This document shows positions 9,188 to 18,906 of a stretch of DNA of 64,000 nucleotides, one piece after another. A model generated the notes under the pieces. That model was given only the letters and a program-made list of their open reading frames with translations, searched no databases and was not told the DNA's origin. Position 1 is the first letter of the stretch. The number at the start of each line of letters is the position of its first letter. The stretch covers positions 110,587 to 174,586 of the forward strand of contig CAWJTV010000015.1 in assembly GCA_963845755.1 (NCBI GenBank), read 5' to 3'. The DNA comes from an uncultured Planctomycetota bacterium. Its GTDB lineage: Bacteria > Planctomycetota > Planctomycetia > Isosphaerales > Isosphaeraceae. The translations under genes were made by a program, and so were the position numbers.

Positions 9188-9558
9188 TTATGACCTCGAA
9201 CAATTGTCAACCGAGGTGTGAACGCATACCTCTGTGACTCTGTGGTGAGTCTCTTTTGATTGGTTGGTTGCGGCTCGGCCACGCTGTGTGTACTTCATGG
9301 CGTTGTTAGTGGAGTCGCTGCTGGAGCGAGAATTGAGGCGAGCGATGGAGAGCGAGGGGATGGAGAGCCTGCCGTTGTACCCAGAGGGTCGGGCGTGTCG
9401 CCGACCGACCGCTCGGAAGGTGATCGACCTGTTCGAGGACGTGCAACGGTACGAACTGTCAGCGGGCCACCGGCCGGCCGTGGTCTTCAACACGAAACTT
9501 ATATCCATGCTCATCAATACCCCATCCCATAGGCGAGCCCACGTGAGGTGTCAGGCTG

Positions 9559-9738
9559 ATGCGACTTGAAGAGCGACCGACCGTTTGCCCACGATGCGGG
9601 TCGTCTCGTACGGTTCGCCTGATCTGGAACTGCGTCTACTCGTTCGGGGAAGACGAGAAGGACGTGGATGCGGGAACGGCGTTCGTCGTCAACCCAGCGG
9701 ATAGGGATTCCTGGGGACGGTCGTGGTCGGTCTCGTGA
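9559..9738 (+). CDS. Small zinc-ribbon-like protein (59 aa), tentative
   Basis: Own translation from ATG 9559: MRLEERPTVCPRCGSSRTVRLIWNCVYSFGEDEKDVDAGTAFVV... Its stop TGA 9736-9738 overlaps ATG 9738 of the next ORF (TGATG). It is below the ORF-track length cutoff. Confidence 0.3.
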   Translation: MRLEERPTVCPRCGSSRTVRLIWNCVYSFGEDEKDVDAGTAFVVNPADRDSWGRSWSVS

Positions 9739-10197
9739 TGATCGCCGGACCGGCCGTCGCCGGGTGCCTCCTGCTCGCCGTCGCCGCACTCGTGGCTGCC
9801 GATGCCCTCTTCTACCGGCGATGGCCGTGGCTCTCGGTCCCGGCGGCCGTTGCCGGTGGTGCATTCGTCCTCTGGGCGATCGTCCTCAACGCCAGGGCGA
9901 GGCGTCGGATGATCGCGGCGATCAAGGGCCGGGTCCTGGATTGCCCCTCCTGCGACGCACCCCTGCCGCGCTGGGACGGCTCCTTCGCATGGTTCCCGCC
10001 CGAGCCCGGCGAGATCGACTGGATCGGGCCCCCCCGAAGGGAGCGTCCGATTGCGTTGCGACCGCTGCCTTCGCGATGCCTGGTTCTATGCCCACATCGA
10101 CGGGAGCGTCAATCCGTACTGGAGCCCCGATCGGCCCGACGGCATCGCAGTCAACCTTGGTGGCATCGTCGTCAACCTTGATGAATCTGAAGCATGA
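9738..10197 (+). CDS. Two-TM membrane protein with C-terminal zinc-ribbon-like CxxC..CxxC, one frame break
   Basis: ORF 9723..10181 (GTG 9723 or ATG 9738) encodes two hydrophobic helices, then VLDCPSCDAPLPRWDG. After the C7 run 10029-10035 the sensible continuation EGSVRLRCDRCLRDAWFYAHIDGSVNPYWSPDRPDG.. is in the +1 frame (stop 10195-10197). Confidence 0.45.
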
Positions 10198-10215
10198 GGA
10201 ATCTCGGTCACGGGT

Positions 10216-10322
10216 GGCGCGGGACGATGCAGGAGCCTGTAAGCGGTGATCCATAGTTGGCGCGGACACCCAGGCGCGGGACGATGCGGGAACCTGTAAC
10301 GGGTGATCCAGAGATCAGACTT
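10216..10322. repeat. Two tandem copies of the ~50-nt dispersed repeat seen at 3715-3764
   Basis: 10216-10256 reads GGCGCGGGACGATGCAGGAGCCTGTAAGCGGTGATCCATAG. 10273-10322 reads GGCGCGGGACGATGCGGGAACCTGTAACGGGTGATCCAGAGATCAGACTT. Confidence 0.75.
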
Positions 10323-10403
10323 TGCAATCTTCTCGCCCGGCCAGGTCGAGCGCCGTGTCCTGCTCTCGGGACGGCTTCTACGATCTTGATCGGAGGACGA
10401 ATC

Positions 10404-11348
10404 ATGAGAATCCCGCAGCGATCAGGTCACCTTGGGGCCGGGCGGGCGATCCTCCTGGCCGTCGTCCTGGCCGCGCCGCGCCGGGTCTGCGGCGCGGAAC
10501 CCCTGGAGACGATTTGCGCCGCGTTCCACGCCACGTCGCAAGGACTCACTTCCGGCATCGGGAAGGGGACCTATCGCCATTATGAGGCGGTCACCGGGGG
10601 CGACTGGCAGCTCAAGCAAGATGCGGATCTGACGACCTACTTCGACGGCAAGAAGTACCACATCGAACTCAAGTATCATCGCGATGAACTCCCGACGGTG
10701 CATGTGGATTCCCGCCGGATCATCTTCGACGGTAAAACGATCACGGAGGCCATGTTTTCGCCGAGGATCCACCCTACGGGAGCCCAGGGCCGCGTCCTCC
10801 AGCCACAAGACTTCGGCAGCGGCGTGTCCAAACCCTCGGAGGTCGACTTCCCGTGGGACGTCGCCCTGCTCGTTGGCAATGTCTGGCATCCCGAACGACT
10901 GATCGAGAATGTGACTCCACAGCGGATCGAGATCAGGCAGACCCCCGGAGGGGACCTGGTGGGGAGCTATCCGCTCGCGAATACCGATCGCGTCCGAGTG
11001 CGGTTCGAGTGTCCTCGGGATTCCGGATTCAATCTCGCCCGGCTGCAGGTCTTCAACGTCGGCCAGGCGGAACCGGCCGAGGACGTGCGCATCGAATGGA
11101 AGCAGAGTCCAACCGGCTTGTGGTACGTCCGGTCGGTCGATAAAACGGACGTGTTGCGCGACCCGAGGATTCCGGTCGCGAGGATCCGTCATGTCCTGAA
11201 ATACACCGAGTTCCAGCCGAACGCGAAGGTCGCTCCGAAGCTCTTCACGCAAGCCGCGCTCGGGCTCCCTTCTGGGAGCCCGATTTTGGACTGCGCCCCG
11301 AGGCCAAGGATCCCATTCGCCGTGTGCCCTGATCCGTTCTCTCCGTAG
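10404..11348 (+). CDS. Secreted hypothetical protein (314 aa)
   Basis: ATG 10404 lies in frame in ORF 10257..11348, with GGAGGA 5-6 nt upstream. The signal peptide is MRIPQRSGHLGAGRAILLAVVLAAPRRVCGAEP. Composition is normal, there is no frame break, and I recognise no family. Confidence 0.75.
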   Translation: MRIPQRSGHLGAGRAILLAVVLAAPRRVCGAEPLETICAAFHATSQGLTSGIGKGTYRHYEAVTGGDWQLKQDADLTTYFDGKKYHIELKYHRDELPTVHVDSRRIIFDGKTITEAMFSPRIHPTGAQGRVLQPQDFGSGVSKPSEVDFPWDVALLVGNVWHPERLIENVTPQRIEIRQTPGGDLVGSYPLANTDRVRVRFECPRDSGFNLARLQVFNVGQAEPAEDVRIEWKQSPTGLWYVRSVDKTDVLRDPRIPVARIRHVLKYTEFQPNAKVAPKLFTQAALGLPSGSPILDCAPRPRIPFAVCPDPFSP

Positions 11349-11572
11349 TGCGATGGTCCCGCCCGGCGAAGTCGGGTCAAAGCCCATGATCGTCGGACGA
11401 TCCCGCAGGCTGCTTAGTTCGAAGGGTGGGGGGAATAAGTCTCAGCCCGGCTCCGACGTGAAGCTCATGCGGTGGATCATCATTTTTCCTCGGAGAACAA
11501 TGAAGGGAGGTCGGGGTAACGGCGACGCAGCTCGTTTTCTCTCTTCCCGTTTCTATTCCCAAGGCAGATGCG

Positions 11573-12064
11573 ATGGCCACGGTGCTGTTCCTGCACGGTT
11601 GGAATTCGAATCCGGGCGGCGTCAAACCGACCTACCTGGCCGGGCACGGCCATGTGGTGATCAACCCGGCGCTGCCCGACGAGGACTTCGACGAGGCCGT
11701 CCGGATCGCCCAGGAGTCGTTCGACCAGCATCGGCCGGATGTGGTCGTTGGGTCATCGCGGGGCGGGGCCGTGGCGATGAACATCGATTCGAGCGGCGCG
11801 ACACTCATTCTCCTCTGCCCGGCCTGGAAGAAATGGGGAGCGGCCAGGACCGTCAAACCGGACACCGTGATCCTGCACTCCGAGGCCGACGATGTGATCC
11901 CGATCGCGGATAGCCGCGAGCTCGTCGCTCGCAGCGGTCTGGCGGATTCGGCGCTGATCATCGTCGGAAACGACCATCGACTGGCCGACCCGGGGCCGCT
12001 GGCCGCGATGGCCTTCGCCATCGGTCAACTGTGCCCCAGACGCATGGGACACGAGAGCGCTTAA
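11573..12064 (+). CDS. Small alpha/beta hydrolase (YqiA/UPF0227-like esterase)
   Basis: ORF 11573..12064 contains VLFLHGWNSNPGG, the nucleophile elbow GSSRGG, HSEADDVIP and NDHRL. This is the typical ~160-190 aa esterase layout. Confidence 0.8.
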   Translation: MATVLFLHGWNSNPGGVKPTYLAGHGHVVINPALPDEDFDEAVRIAQESFDQHRPDVVVGSSRGGAVAMNIDSSGATLILLCPAWKKWGAARTVKPDTVILHSEADDVIPIADSRELVARSGLADSALIIVGNDHRLADPGPLAAMAFAIGQLCPRRMGHESA

Positions 12065-12105
12065 CGGTTGGCTTTCACACGCTCGGAGTCCTCGACCGAA
12101 GCAAC
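12063..12105. repeat. 42-nt dispersed element, copy A (second copy at 31130-31171)
   Basis: AACGGTTGGCTTTCACACGCTCGGAGTCCTCGACCGAAGCAAC against AACGGTTGGCTTGGACACGCTCGGAGTTCCCGACCGAAGAAC, about 37 of 42 identical. Copy A overlaps the TAA stop of the hydrolase gene. Confidence 0.75.
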
Positions 12106-12114
12106 GCCCCGAAC

Positions 12115-12129
12115 GCGGCCTTCGGCCGC
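12115..12129 (+). terminator. GC hairpin with UUCG loop downstream of the hydrolase gene (possible terminator, no U-tract)
   Basis: GCGGCC-TTC-GGCCGC is a perfect 6-bp stem, 50 nt after the stop. The following sequence AACCCAACC lacks a T-run, so it is not a canonical intrinsic terminator. The same GGCCTTCGGCC core occurs at 37071-37081. Confidence 0.3.
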
Positions 12130-12140
12130 AACCCAACCGG

Positions 12141-12343
12141 GATTCGAGATTCGAGATTCGGGATTCGAGATTCGAGATTCGAGATTCGGGATTCGGGATT
12201 CGAGATTCGAGATTCGGGATTCGAGATTCGAGATTCGAGATTCGGGATTCGAGATTCGAGATTCGAGATTCGGGATTCGAGATTCGAGATTCGGGATTCG
12301 AGATTCCGGATTCCGGATTGCCGATCCCGGATTGCCGATCCCG
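12141..12343. repeat. Heptanucleotide microsatellite (GATTCGR)23 followed by (GATTCCG)2 and (GATTGCCGATCCCG)2
   Basis: Hand count: 23 head-to-tail units GATTCGA/GATTCGG over 12141-12301, then two GATTCCG (12302-12315) and two 14-mers (12316-12343). It is intergenic, 350-550 nt upstream of the 12691 gene. Confidence 0.95.
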
Positions 12344-12690
12344 GATGAAGAAGGATTGGGGAATCGGGCATTCGGAATGAAGGATCCCCCGGATGCGCGC
12401 ATGCGGCAGGGGGCCTATGGAGGTCGACTCTAACGCGGCCAAAGCCTGCCTCAGGCACTCTTCCGTGACGGGGCTCCAGGGCGGCACGGGCTGCGCGGTT
12501 CGACATGATGCACCGATGACCATCGATCGGCGGCCAATTCCTCTGGTCAGTGCGGCCGGTTGCGGGTAGAACTCCGTCCGGTTTCTTCGTTGGCGAGTTG
12601 TCCCGGCAAGGGCTGGTCCTTCCGATGGCGGAGACTTCCTTGAGTCGCCCCCGTGGCGACCGACGGACTGACTCGGGAGGATCACGGCCG

Positions 12691-13725
12691 ATGTCAGGGT
12701 CGCGAGCATGGATGGTCCTCGGCGTCCTGGTTGGTGCATCGCTGGTGGCCGGTCGCGCGGTGGAAGCCGCGGCGGATGTCCGGTTCGACAAGGATTTCCT
12801 GGCCGGGATCATCGAAAAACTACCGCCGGTCGCCTTCCAGACGCCGGGGCAGCTTCGCGGGATGGTCCACGATTTCCGCCTCATCGCGATCGAGGCTCGT
12901 GCGCGGCAACTCGTGGTCACCTGCCGGATCGACGGCGCGTTTCGCGCTCCGGTCAACGGCCCGATCACGGACCGGGTCGCGAGGAGCCCTCAGACGCCGG
13001 AGGGGTGGCGGAAGTTCAGTTTCGACGTGCGGTCGCGGGTCAACGTCGAGCCGGGCGGCGACGCGGCGCCGCGGTTCCGGATCGTCATCGATGAGGTCAA
13101 GCGGCGGGAGCTCGATGGCTTCAGCGGGATCATCGCCAAGGTCCTGGGCCAGTTCTTCGATGAGCTGGTCACGCAGCTCGCCAATGGCCGGGCCTCGCGG
13201 CTGAGCGAAGAGCTCAACGCCGAGATCGTCCGCCGCGTCGCCCTGTTCAAGGAGTACGGCGTCTTCTACGGGATCGAGTACTCCCCGGGCGAGCTGGTCC
13301 TCCATTTCGACCTGACCCGGCTCCGATCCGAGGGGATCGCCGGTTACGTCTTCACCAAGCCGCAACCGGGAAGCGTCCCACTCTACCGATGGCTTCACCC
13401 GGGCGATCACTCGCATTATTACACGCTCCGGCCCGGCGCACCCGATCGGCCCCGTGCGGTCCTCGAGGGTGTCGCCTGCTACGTGCTGGACCATCGCGAA
13501 CCCGACACCGTCCCGTTCTATCGCTGGTCGAACCCACGCGACCACTTGTATACCACCGCGCCCGACGGCGAGCACGTCAGCCGCCTCGGTTATCGGCCCC
13601 GAGGGATCACCTGCTACATCTACCACGATCCCAAGCCGGGAACTGTCCCTCTCTACCGCTTCTTCGACCCGAGCCGTCGCCAGCATTTCTACACGACGCA
13701 TGCCTTCGCCGAGTTCCTGAAGTGA
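12691..13725 (+). CDS. Secreted protein with three C-terminal DUF5648-like repeats
   Basis: ATG 12691 lies in frame in ORF 12550..13725 (GGGAGG upstream). The signal peptide is MSGSRAWMVLGVLVGASLVAGRAVEA. There are three repeats: QPGSVPLYRWLHPGDHSHYYT, EPDTVPFYRWSNPRDHLYTT, KPGTVPLYRFFDPSRRQHFYTT. No frame break. Confidence 0.8.
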   Translation: MSGSRAWMVLGVLVGASLVAGRAVEAAADVRFDKDFLAGIIEKLPPVAFQTPGQLRGMVHDFRLIAIEARARQLVVTCRIDGAFRAPVNGPITDRVARSPQTPEGWRKFSFDVRSRVNVEPGGDAAPRFRIVIDEVKRRELDGFSGIIAKVLGQFFDELVTQLANGRASRLSEELNAEIVRRVALFKEYGVFYGIEYSPGELVLHFDLTRLRSEGIAGYVFTKPQPGSVPLYRWLHPGDHSHYYTLRPGAPDRPRAVLEGVACYVLDHREPDTVPFYRWSNPRDHLYTTAPDGEHVSRLGYRPRGITCYIYHDPKPGTVPLYRFFDPSRRQHFYTTHAFAEFLK

Positions 13726-13765
13726 TGAAAGACGAAGGATGAGTCCGAACTCCGCCGGTCTTGAT

Positions 13766-15505
13766 TCAGCTTTCCGGCTTCCTCCTTCCCTGTCGTCCGT
13801 CGCCACCAAGGGGAGGTTGTGCCTCCTCGGCCCATTCGACCACGGAATTGACGGGCACATTCACGCGGCTCTCGACCCGCCCCGAGGGCCAGCGGATCTC
13901 CAGGCGGTTGACGACCTCGGCGACGCCCAGCCCGAAGTGGACGCGCGGGTCGCTGGCGGAAATGTAGCTGCCGCCGCCGTCGTGCGTGCGGACGATCGTT
14001 CGACGACCGACCTGCGCGATCAGCCGTGCCGCCGATCGCGTCTCGATGGGGAGATCGGCCGCTCAGCTTCACGATCAGCCAGTTGCCGCGGCGGGGTGAC
14101 TCGTTCCAGAGGACGACGCTCGGGGCGTGGTGGTGGACGATGACGAGATCCAGGTCGCCATCCTCGTCGAGGTCGCCACAGGCGAGCCCGCGCCCCATGT
14201 GGAGGGCCCGGAAATAGTCGCCGGCCCCGGCGGTGACGTTCTGAAAACGGCCGGCGCCGATGTTGCGCCAGAGGATCGGCGGATTCTCGTAGGGATATCT
14301 GCTGGCCGGGTTCGCGGCGGATGTGGCCGTTGGTGGCGACCAGGTCGAGCCGGCCGTCGAGATCGAAGTCGGCGAAGCCGGTTCCCCAGCCCGTCAAGGG
14401 GCGCGAGTCCACGCGCCAGGCCCGCCTCGTTGGTCTGGTCCTGATAATACAGGTCCTTGCCGGGAACCCCGAAGGCCCGCCAGAGCGTGTCGTGCTCGCC
14501 CCAAAAATGCGTGATCAGGATGTCGGGCAGGGCGTCGTCGTTGCTGTCGCCGAAGGCGATCCCCATGTTCGCCTCGGCCTGCCCGTCGCCGTTGACCGCG
14601 ACGCCGAGCACCTCCGCCCGGTCCTCGAACGTACCATCGCCGCGATTCCGCCACAGCGCATTGCTCATCGCATCGTTGGCGACCAGGAAGTCGATCCGGC
14701 CGTCGCCGTCGAAGTCGGAGGCGACGACGCCCATCCCCCGGCCGCTACCTGCCACGCCCGCCCGGGCGGTCACGTCGGTGAAGTGGCCGTTCCCCTCGTT
14801 GCGATAAAGGACATCCGGCTGACCCGGGAAGTCGGCAGGCATGCCATAGTCGGCCGCTCCGGTCGCCGGATCCCGGCGAAACGGCGCCTTGGCCTGATCG
14901 AAGGTGAAGTAGGTCGCGACGAACAGGTCCAGATCGCCATCGCCGTCGTAATCGGCGAAGGCCGCGCCCAGACTCCAGAGCCCGCAGCCGACGCCGGCCT
15001 CGTCCGTCACATCGGTGACTCGGCCCCGATCATTGCGCCAGAGGGTATTGCGGCCGTAGCGGGTGACGTAGACGTCGGGGTCACCGTCGCCGTCGAAGTC
15101 GGCCACGGCCACACCCTGACCGTAGCCCTTGGGGCTCAGTCCGGCCTGGGACGAGACGTCTTCGAATCGACCGCTGCCCAGGTTCCTGAGCAACACGTCG
15201 GCCCGGGCCGGCTTGCCTGGCCGCAGAGGACCGCCCTGTGCGAAGAAGAGGTCGAGCCGGCCGTCGCCGTCGAAATCGAGGATGCCCACGCCGCCGCCGG
15301 TGGTCTCGACGGGCCACGCCGCGCCCGTCTCGCCCCGCTCGTAGAGAAAGGGGAGCTCCTGGGCGCGGAACCGAAGCGGAGCGGCCTCGTTCCCGGCCTT
15401 CACAGAAGCCGAGCGATCCGGCTCCTTGCGACAACCGATGGGGAATGCCAGCAACGCCAGCCCCAGTGCGGCCAACCGAGCGCGAATCGGACGTTTCCAC
15501 CCCAT
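13766..15505 (-). CDS. CRTAC1-family lipoprotein (FG-GAP/VCBS repeats + ASPIC/UnbV C-terminus), copy 1, three frame breaks
   Basis: ATG 15505 gives MGWKRPIRARLAALGLALLAFPIGC (lipobox). Repeated motifs are DFDGDGxxDLFV and LxRNxGxGxFxDV. Pieces come from ORFs 14075..15571, 14020..14412 and 13689..14198, plus an unlisted frame giving RLIAQVGRRTIVRTHDGGGSYISASDPRVHFGLGVAEVVNRLEIRWPSGRVE (stop 13766-13768). Joins are near 14400, 14297 and 14028. Confidence 0.88.
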
Positions 15506-15684
15506 CAATATCACGAAGACCACCTCCACACTCGCTCGCCGCTTTACCTCGATTCGACGTCGACCCGCCACCTTATGACAAACCTTCGTGTTGCCTCAAG
15601 CCCTCCTTGACGCGACAATCCGGTTGGCCGAGTGGAACCGGTGATCTTGCGATCGGATCCCGCTCATCGAGAAGGGAGTTCGTC

Positions 15685-15976
15685 ATGAGACGAGGAATCA
15701 TCGTCGCGTGTTTGACTCTGATGGTGCCGGCGTTGTTGCTGTTCCTGGCCGACCGAAGCAGGACGACCGCCCAGGAGGCGGCCCGGGTCGCTCAGCGCCA
15801 ACTCGTGGAGGTTGGCAAGACCTACAACTTCTGGACAACATCGAGGTGGATGCACTGTAAAGTCGTCGAGTGCGCCCCTTGGCAGATGGGTCAGGGTGGA
15901 GTACCTCGATTTCGACAAGCCGAAACGCGGTTGGATCAATCTGGATATGATCGGGGCCATCACGGACGAGGAGTAG
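15685..15976 (+). CDS. Small membrane-anchored hypothetical protein (~96 aa), one frame break
   Basis: ATG 15685 lies in ORF 15238..16020: MRRGIIVACLTLMVPALLLFLAD..KTYNFWTTSRWMHCKVVE. A plausible tail PLGRWVRVEYLDFDKPKRGWINLDMIGAITDEE* (stop 15974-15976) is in the +1 frame. The break is near 15875. Confidence 0.5.
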
Positions 15977-16036
15977 CCAGACGTTCGCCCGAGGGGCCGG
16001 CGAAGCATCGATCGAGCTGAAGAGAGGCGCGGGGGC

Positions 16037-18906
16037 ATGTCAGAATCATCGGCCGGTGTGTTGCAAGGGGCGAGGGCCTTGCTGGGAAGCGGCCGGCTCC
16101 TCAACATGACCTGTCTCTCGGTTCTCCTTGTCGCCTGTTACGGGGGAGTACTCTTTGGCGGCCGGCAGTTCGGGTTCCGGGACGCAGCGCATTTCTACTA
16201 TCCCCTTTACTGGCGGGTGCAGCAGGAATGGTCGGCGGGGCGGCTACCGCTCTGGGAGCCGGGCGAGAACGGCGGGACTCCGCTGCTCGGAAGCCCGATG
16301 GCGGCGGTCCTCTATCCCGGCAAGATCCTCTTCGCCCTGATGCCGTACGCCTGGGCGTTCCGGCTCTACACGATCGGGCACGTGGTGCTGGCCTTCGGGG
16401 CGATGGTGGTGCTATTGCGGTCGTGGGGCGTGAGCGGGACCGGCTCCGCGATCGCCGGCCTGTCCTATGCGTTCGGCGGGGTCGTACTCTCGGACTACTT
16501 CAACATCATCTACCTGGTGGGAGCCGCGTGGCTGCCGCTGGGCTTCCGGGCCGCCGACCGATGGCTTCGGCTGGGCCTTCGGTCCGGCCTGGTGGAGCTG
16601 GCGGTGGTCCTGGCGATGCAGGTCCTGGGGGGCGACCCGGAAGCGGCTTACCTCACCGTGCTCTGCGCATTCGGTTATGCCCTGGGCCTGGCGAGGTCTC
16701 CGGGCGGTTCGCCAGCCCGGCCATGGAGGTGGGGGTTGATCCTGATCGGCGCGACTGCCGGATGGATCTGGGCGGGACCGAGGATCGTTCCGGGGATCCA
16801 CCGCTCCGGTGGAGCGTGGGGTCAGGCGATCCTTACGGCGGTCTGGGGACTGGGGCTCGCCATCTACCTGGTAACCCGTCGCCGCGGTCGTCGGGCCCGA
16901 GTGTCGACGATGCTCCTGGGACTGGCGGCGTCTTGCACCCTGGCGCTGAGCTTGTCGGCGGTCCAGCTCCTGCCGGTCCTCGAGCACATCGCGGCGAGCG
17001 TCCGGTGGGAGGGGGCCGGACTGGAAGACCTCTATGATTCCAGCCTGCTGCCGTACCGGGTCGTCGAGTGGATCTGGCCGAATGTCTTCGGCACCTTCAC
17101 GGCGGGAAACCATTACTGGATGCCGTTGCTGCCTCCGGTTGGCGGAGCGCGGCCCTCGCCAATGTCCTTGTACTGCGGCGCCTTGCCGATCGTGCTGGCC
17201 CTCGGTGCGTCGGGATTCCGCGCGGGCCCGCCGTGGCGGGCCTGGATGACCGCGGTCGCTCTCCTGAGTTTCTGGGCGGCCCTCGGCGAGTTCGCGGGCG
17301 TTGCGCGCTGGTCGGTCGTGCCGCCGTCTCCCACGACGGGCGACGATAGCTTCTACGGCCTGATCGCGGCGTTCCTGCCGGGCTTCCGGCTGTTCCGCCT
17401 GCCGTTCAAACTGCTGGCGCTCACGAGCCTGGCCGTGTCGTCGCTGGCCGGGCTCGGCTGGGACCGGATCGCGGCTGGTGTCGGTCGCCGTAAGGTCCTG
17501 GCCATCACGGTCGGGTTGCTCGTCATGACCGTGGTGGCGCTGGCAGCCACGACGGCACTTCAGGGCCGGATCGTCGCGGCGATCACGGCGCGAGAGGCGA
17601 CCCACGGTGTCTATGGTCCGCTCGATGCCTCCGCGGCGGTCGGCGAGATGTTGCGGGCATCGGTCCACGGGGCGATCGCGCTGTCGGCGAGCGTGATCGT
17701 CCTCGCCTGGGCCAGTCGCCGGATCACGCCGGCCGGAGTGGCCGCGTTGGCGATGTTGACGGCCGATCTCGCCATCGCCAATGCCCGGCTGGTGATCACG
17801 GTCCCTCAGGCCGATTTCGAGCGCGAGCCCGAGATTGTCCGCGTCATCCGCGACGCCGAGCGTGCCGACCCGAGCCCGGGACCCTTTCGTGTCCAGCGAC
17901 TGCCGTCATGGGTGCCGATCGGTTGGGGCGGAACCGGGTCGTCTCAACGGCTGCGCGCGCTGGTCAACTGGGAGATCGACACGCTCCAGCCGGGATTTGG
18001 TCTACTCCATGGGATGAGTTACGCGTACGACGACCAGAGCCAGACCGGTCGCGCCGAGCTCAAGCAACTCTTCCGCCCGGCGTACCAGTTCGCCGATTCC
18101 GAGACTGCGGTCGTGCTCGGAGTGGAACCCGGCCGGCCGGTGCTCTTCCACCCGAGAGGGGCGTTTGATCTCTGGGGTGCCCGCTACTTCATCATCCCGG
18201 CCTATCCCGGCGACTGGACGCGCGACAATCGCAGCTATGCCGCGTTCCTCGACCAGACCGACCTGATCTACCCCGATCCGTCGACGATGGCGAGCACGGA
18301 CCAGATCGCGGATCGCCAGCATTGGCTCTTGAGCAAGGACGTGCAGGTCCGTCGAAACCGGATTGCCTATCCGCGCGCTGGGTCGTCCACCATGCCTGGC
18401 TTCTTCGCGACGGCGAGCTGATTCCCTCGATGGATTCGCCCGAACCCTTCTCCCGCGACATGATGATGGCGCGGCTTCGTGCGGCGGAGGATCTCGGGAC
18501 AACCGCGTTCGTCGAGACGGACGATCTGACGGCAATGCGTCTTCATCTGAGCGACGGCGACGGCCCAGTCGGCTCGAACGAGTCCGTCACGGTGCGCAAC
18601 GTCTCCTCGACGCACGTGGTGATCGACGCCCGGCTCGAGCGGTCGGGGATCGTCGTCCTGGCCGATACGTTCGACGACGGGTGGCGACTCACGATCGACG
18701 GATTCCCCGCCCCGGTGTTGTGCGCCAACCTGCTGATGCGCGGCGCGGCCGTCACCGCGGGCTCGCATACGTTGGAGTATCGTTACGAGCCGACTTCGGT
18801 GCGGATCGGTGGGTATGCCTCGATGGCCGGCCTGGCGGCCCTGGCCGGCCTGGCTTTTTGGGTTCATCGCAGGCCGATCGCTCCGGCCGTCCTGGGAGTC
18901 GGCTGA
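16037..18906 (+). CDS. Large polytopic membrane protein, YfhO-like (putative envelope glycosyl-transfer related), one frame break
   Basis: ORF 16037..18421 plus ORF 18322..18906, joined near 18378. There are many TM helices. The N-terminal motif is FGFRDAAHFYYPLYWRVQQEWSAGRLPLWEPGENGGTPLLGSP. The C-terminal beta domain reads ADTFDDGWRLTIDGFPAPVLCANLLMRGAAVTAGSHTLEYRYEPTS, as in YfhO-type proteins (from memory). Confidence 0.75.

Noticed and set aside
9188-9569. ORF 9264..9569 (101 aa, ..RRPTARKVIDLFEDVQRYELSAGHR..) as a possible transposase fragment, plus the opposite-strand ORF 9188..9517.
   Set aside because: I cannot match the peptide to any IS family from memory. Composition is mediocre and the start context is unclear. 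It could be a relic next to the truncated DUF4132 gene, but this is not supportable.
11753-12968. ORFs crossing the heptamer array (12031..12348, 12061..12402, 12068..12433, 11753..12739, 12075..12968), which give periodic peptides such as SRISNLE / FEIRDSG.
   Set aside because: The periodicity comes from translating a 7-bp repeat with a 21-nt period, open in several frames on both strands. There is no start context and no flanking coding signal.
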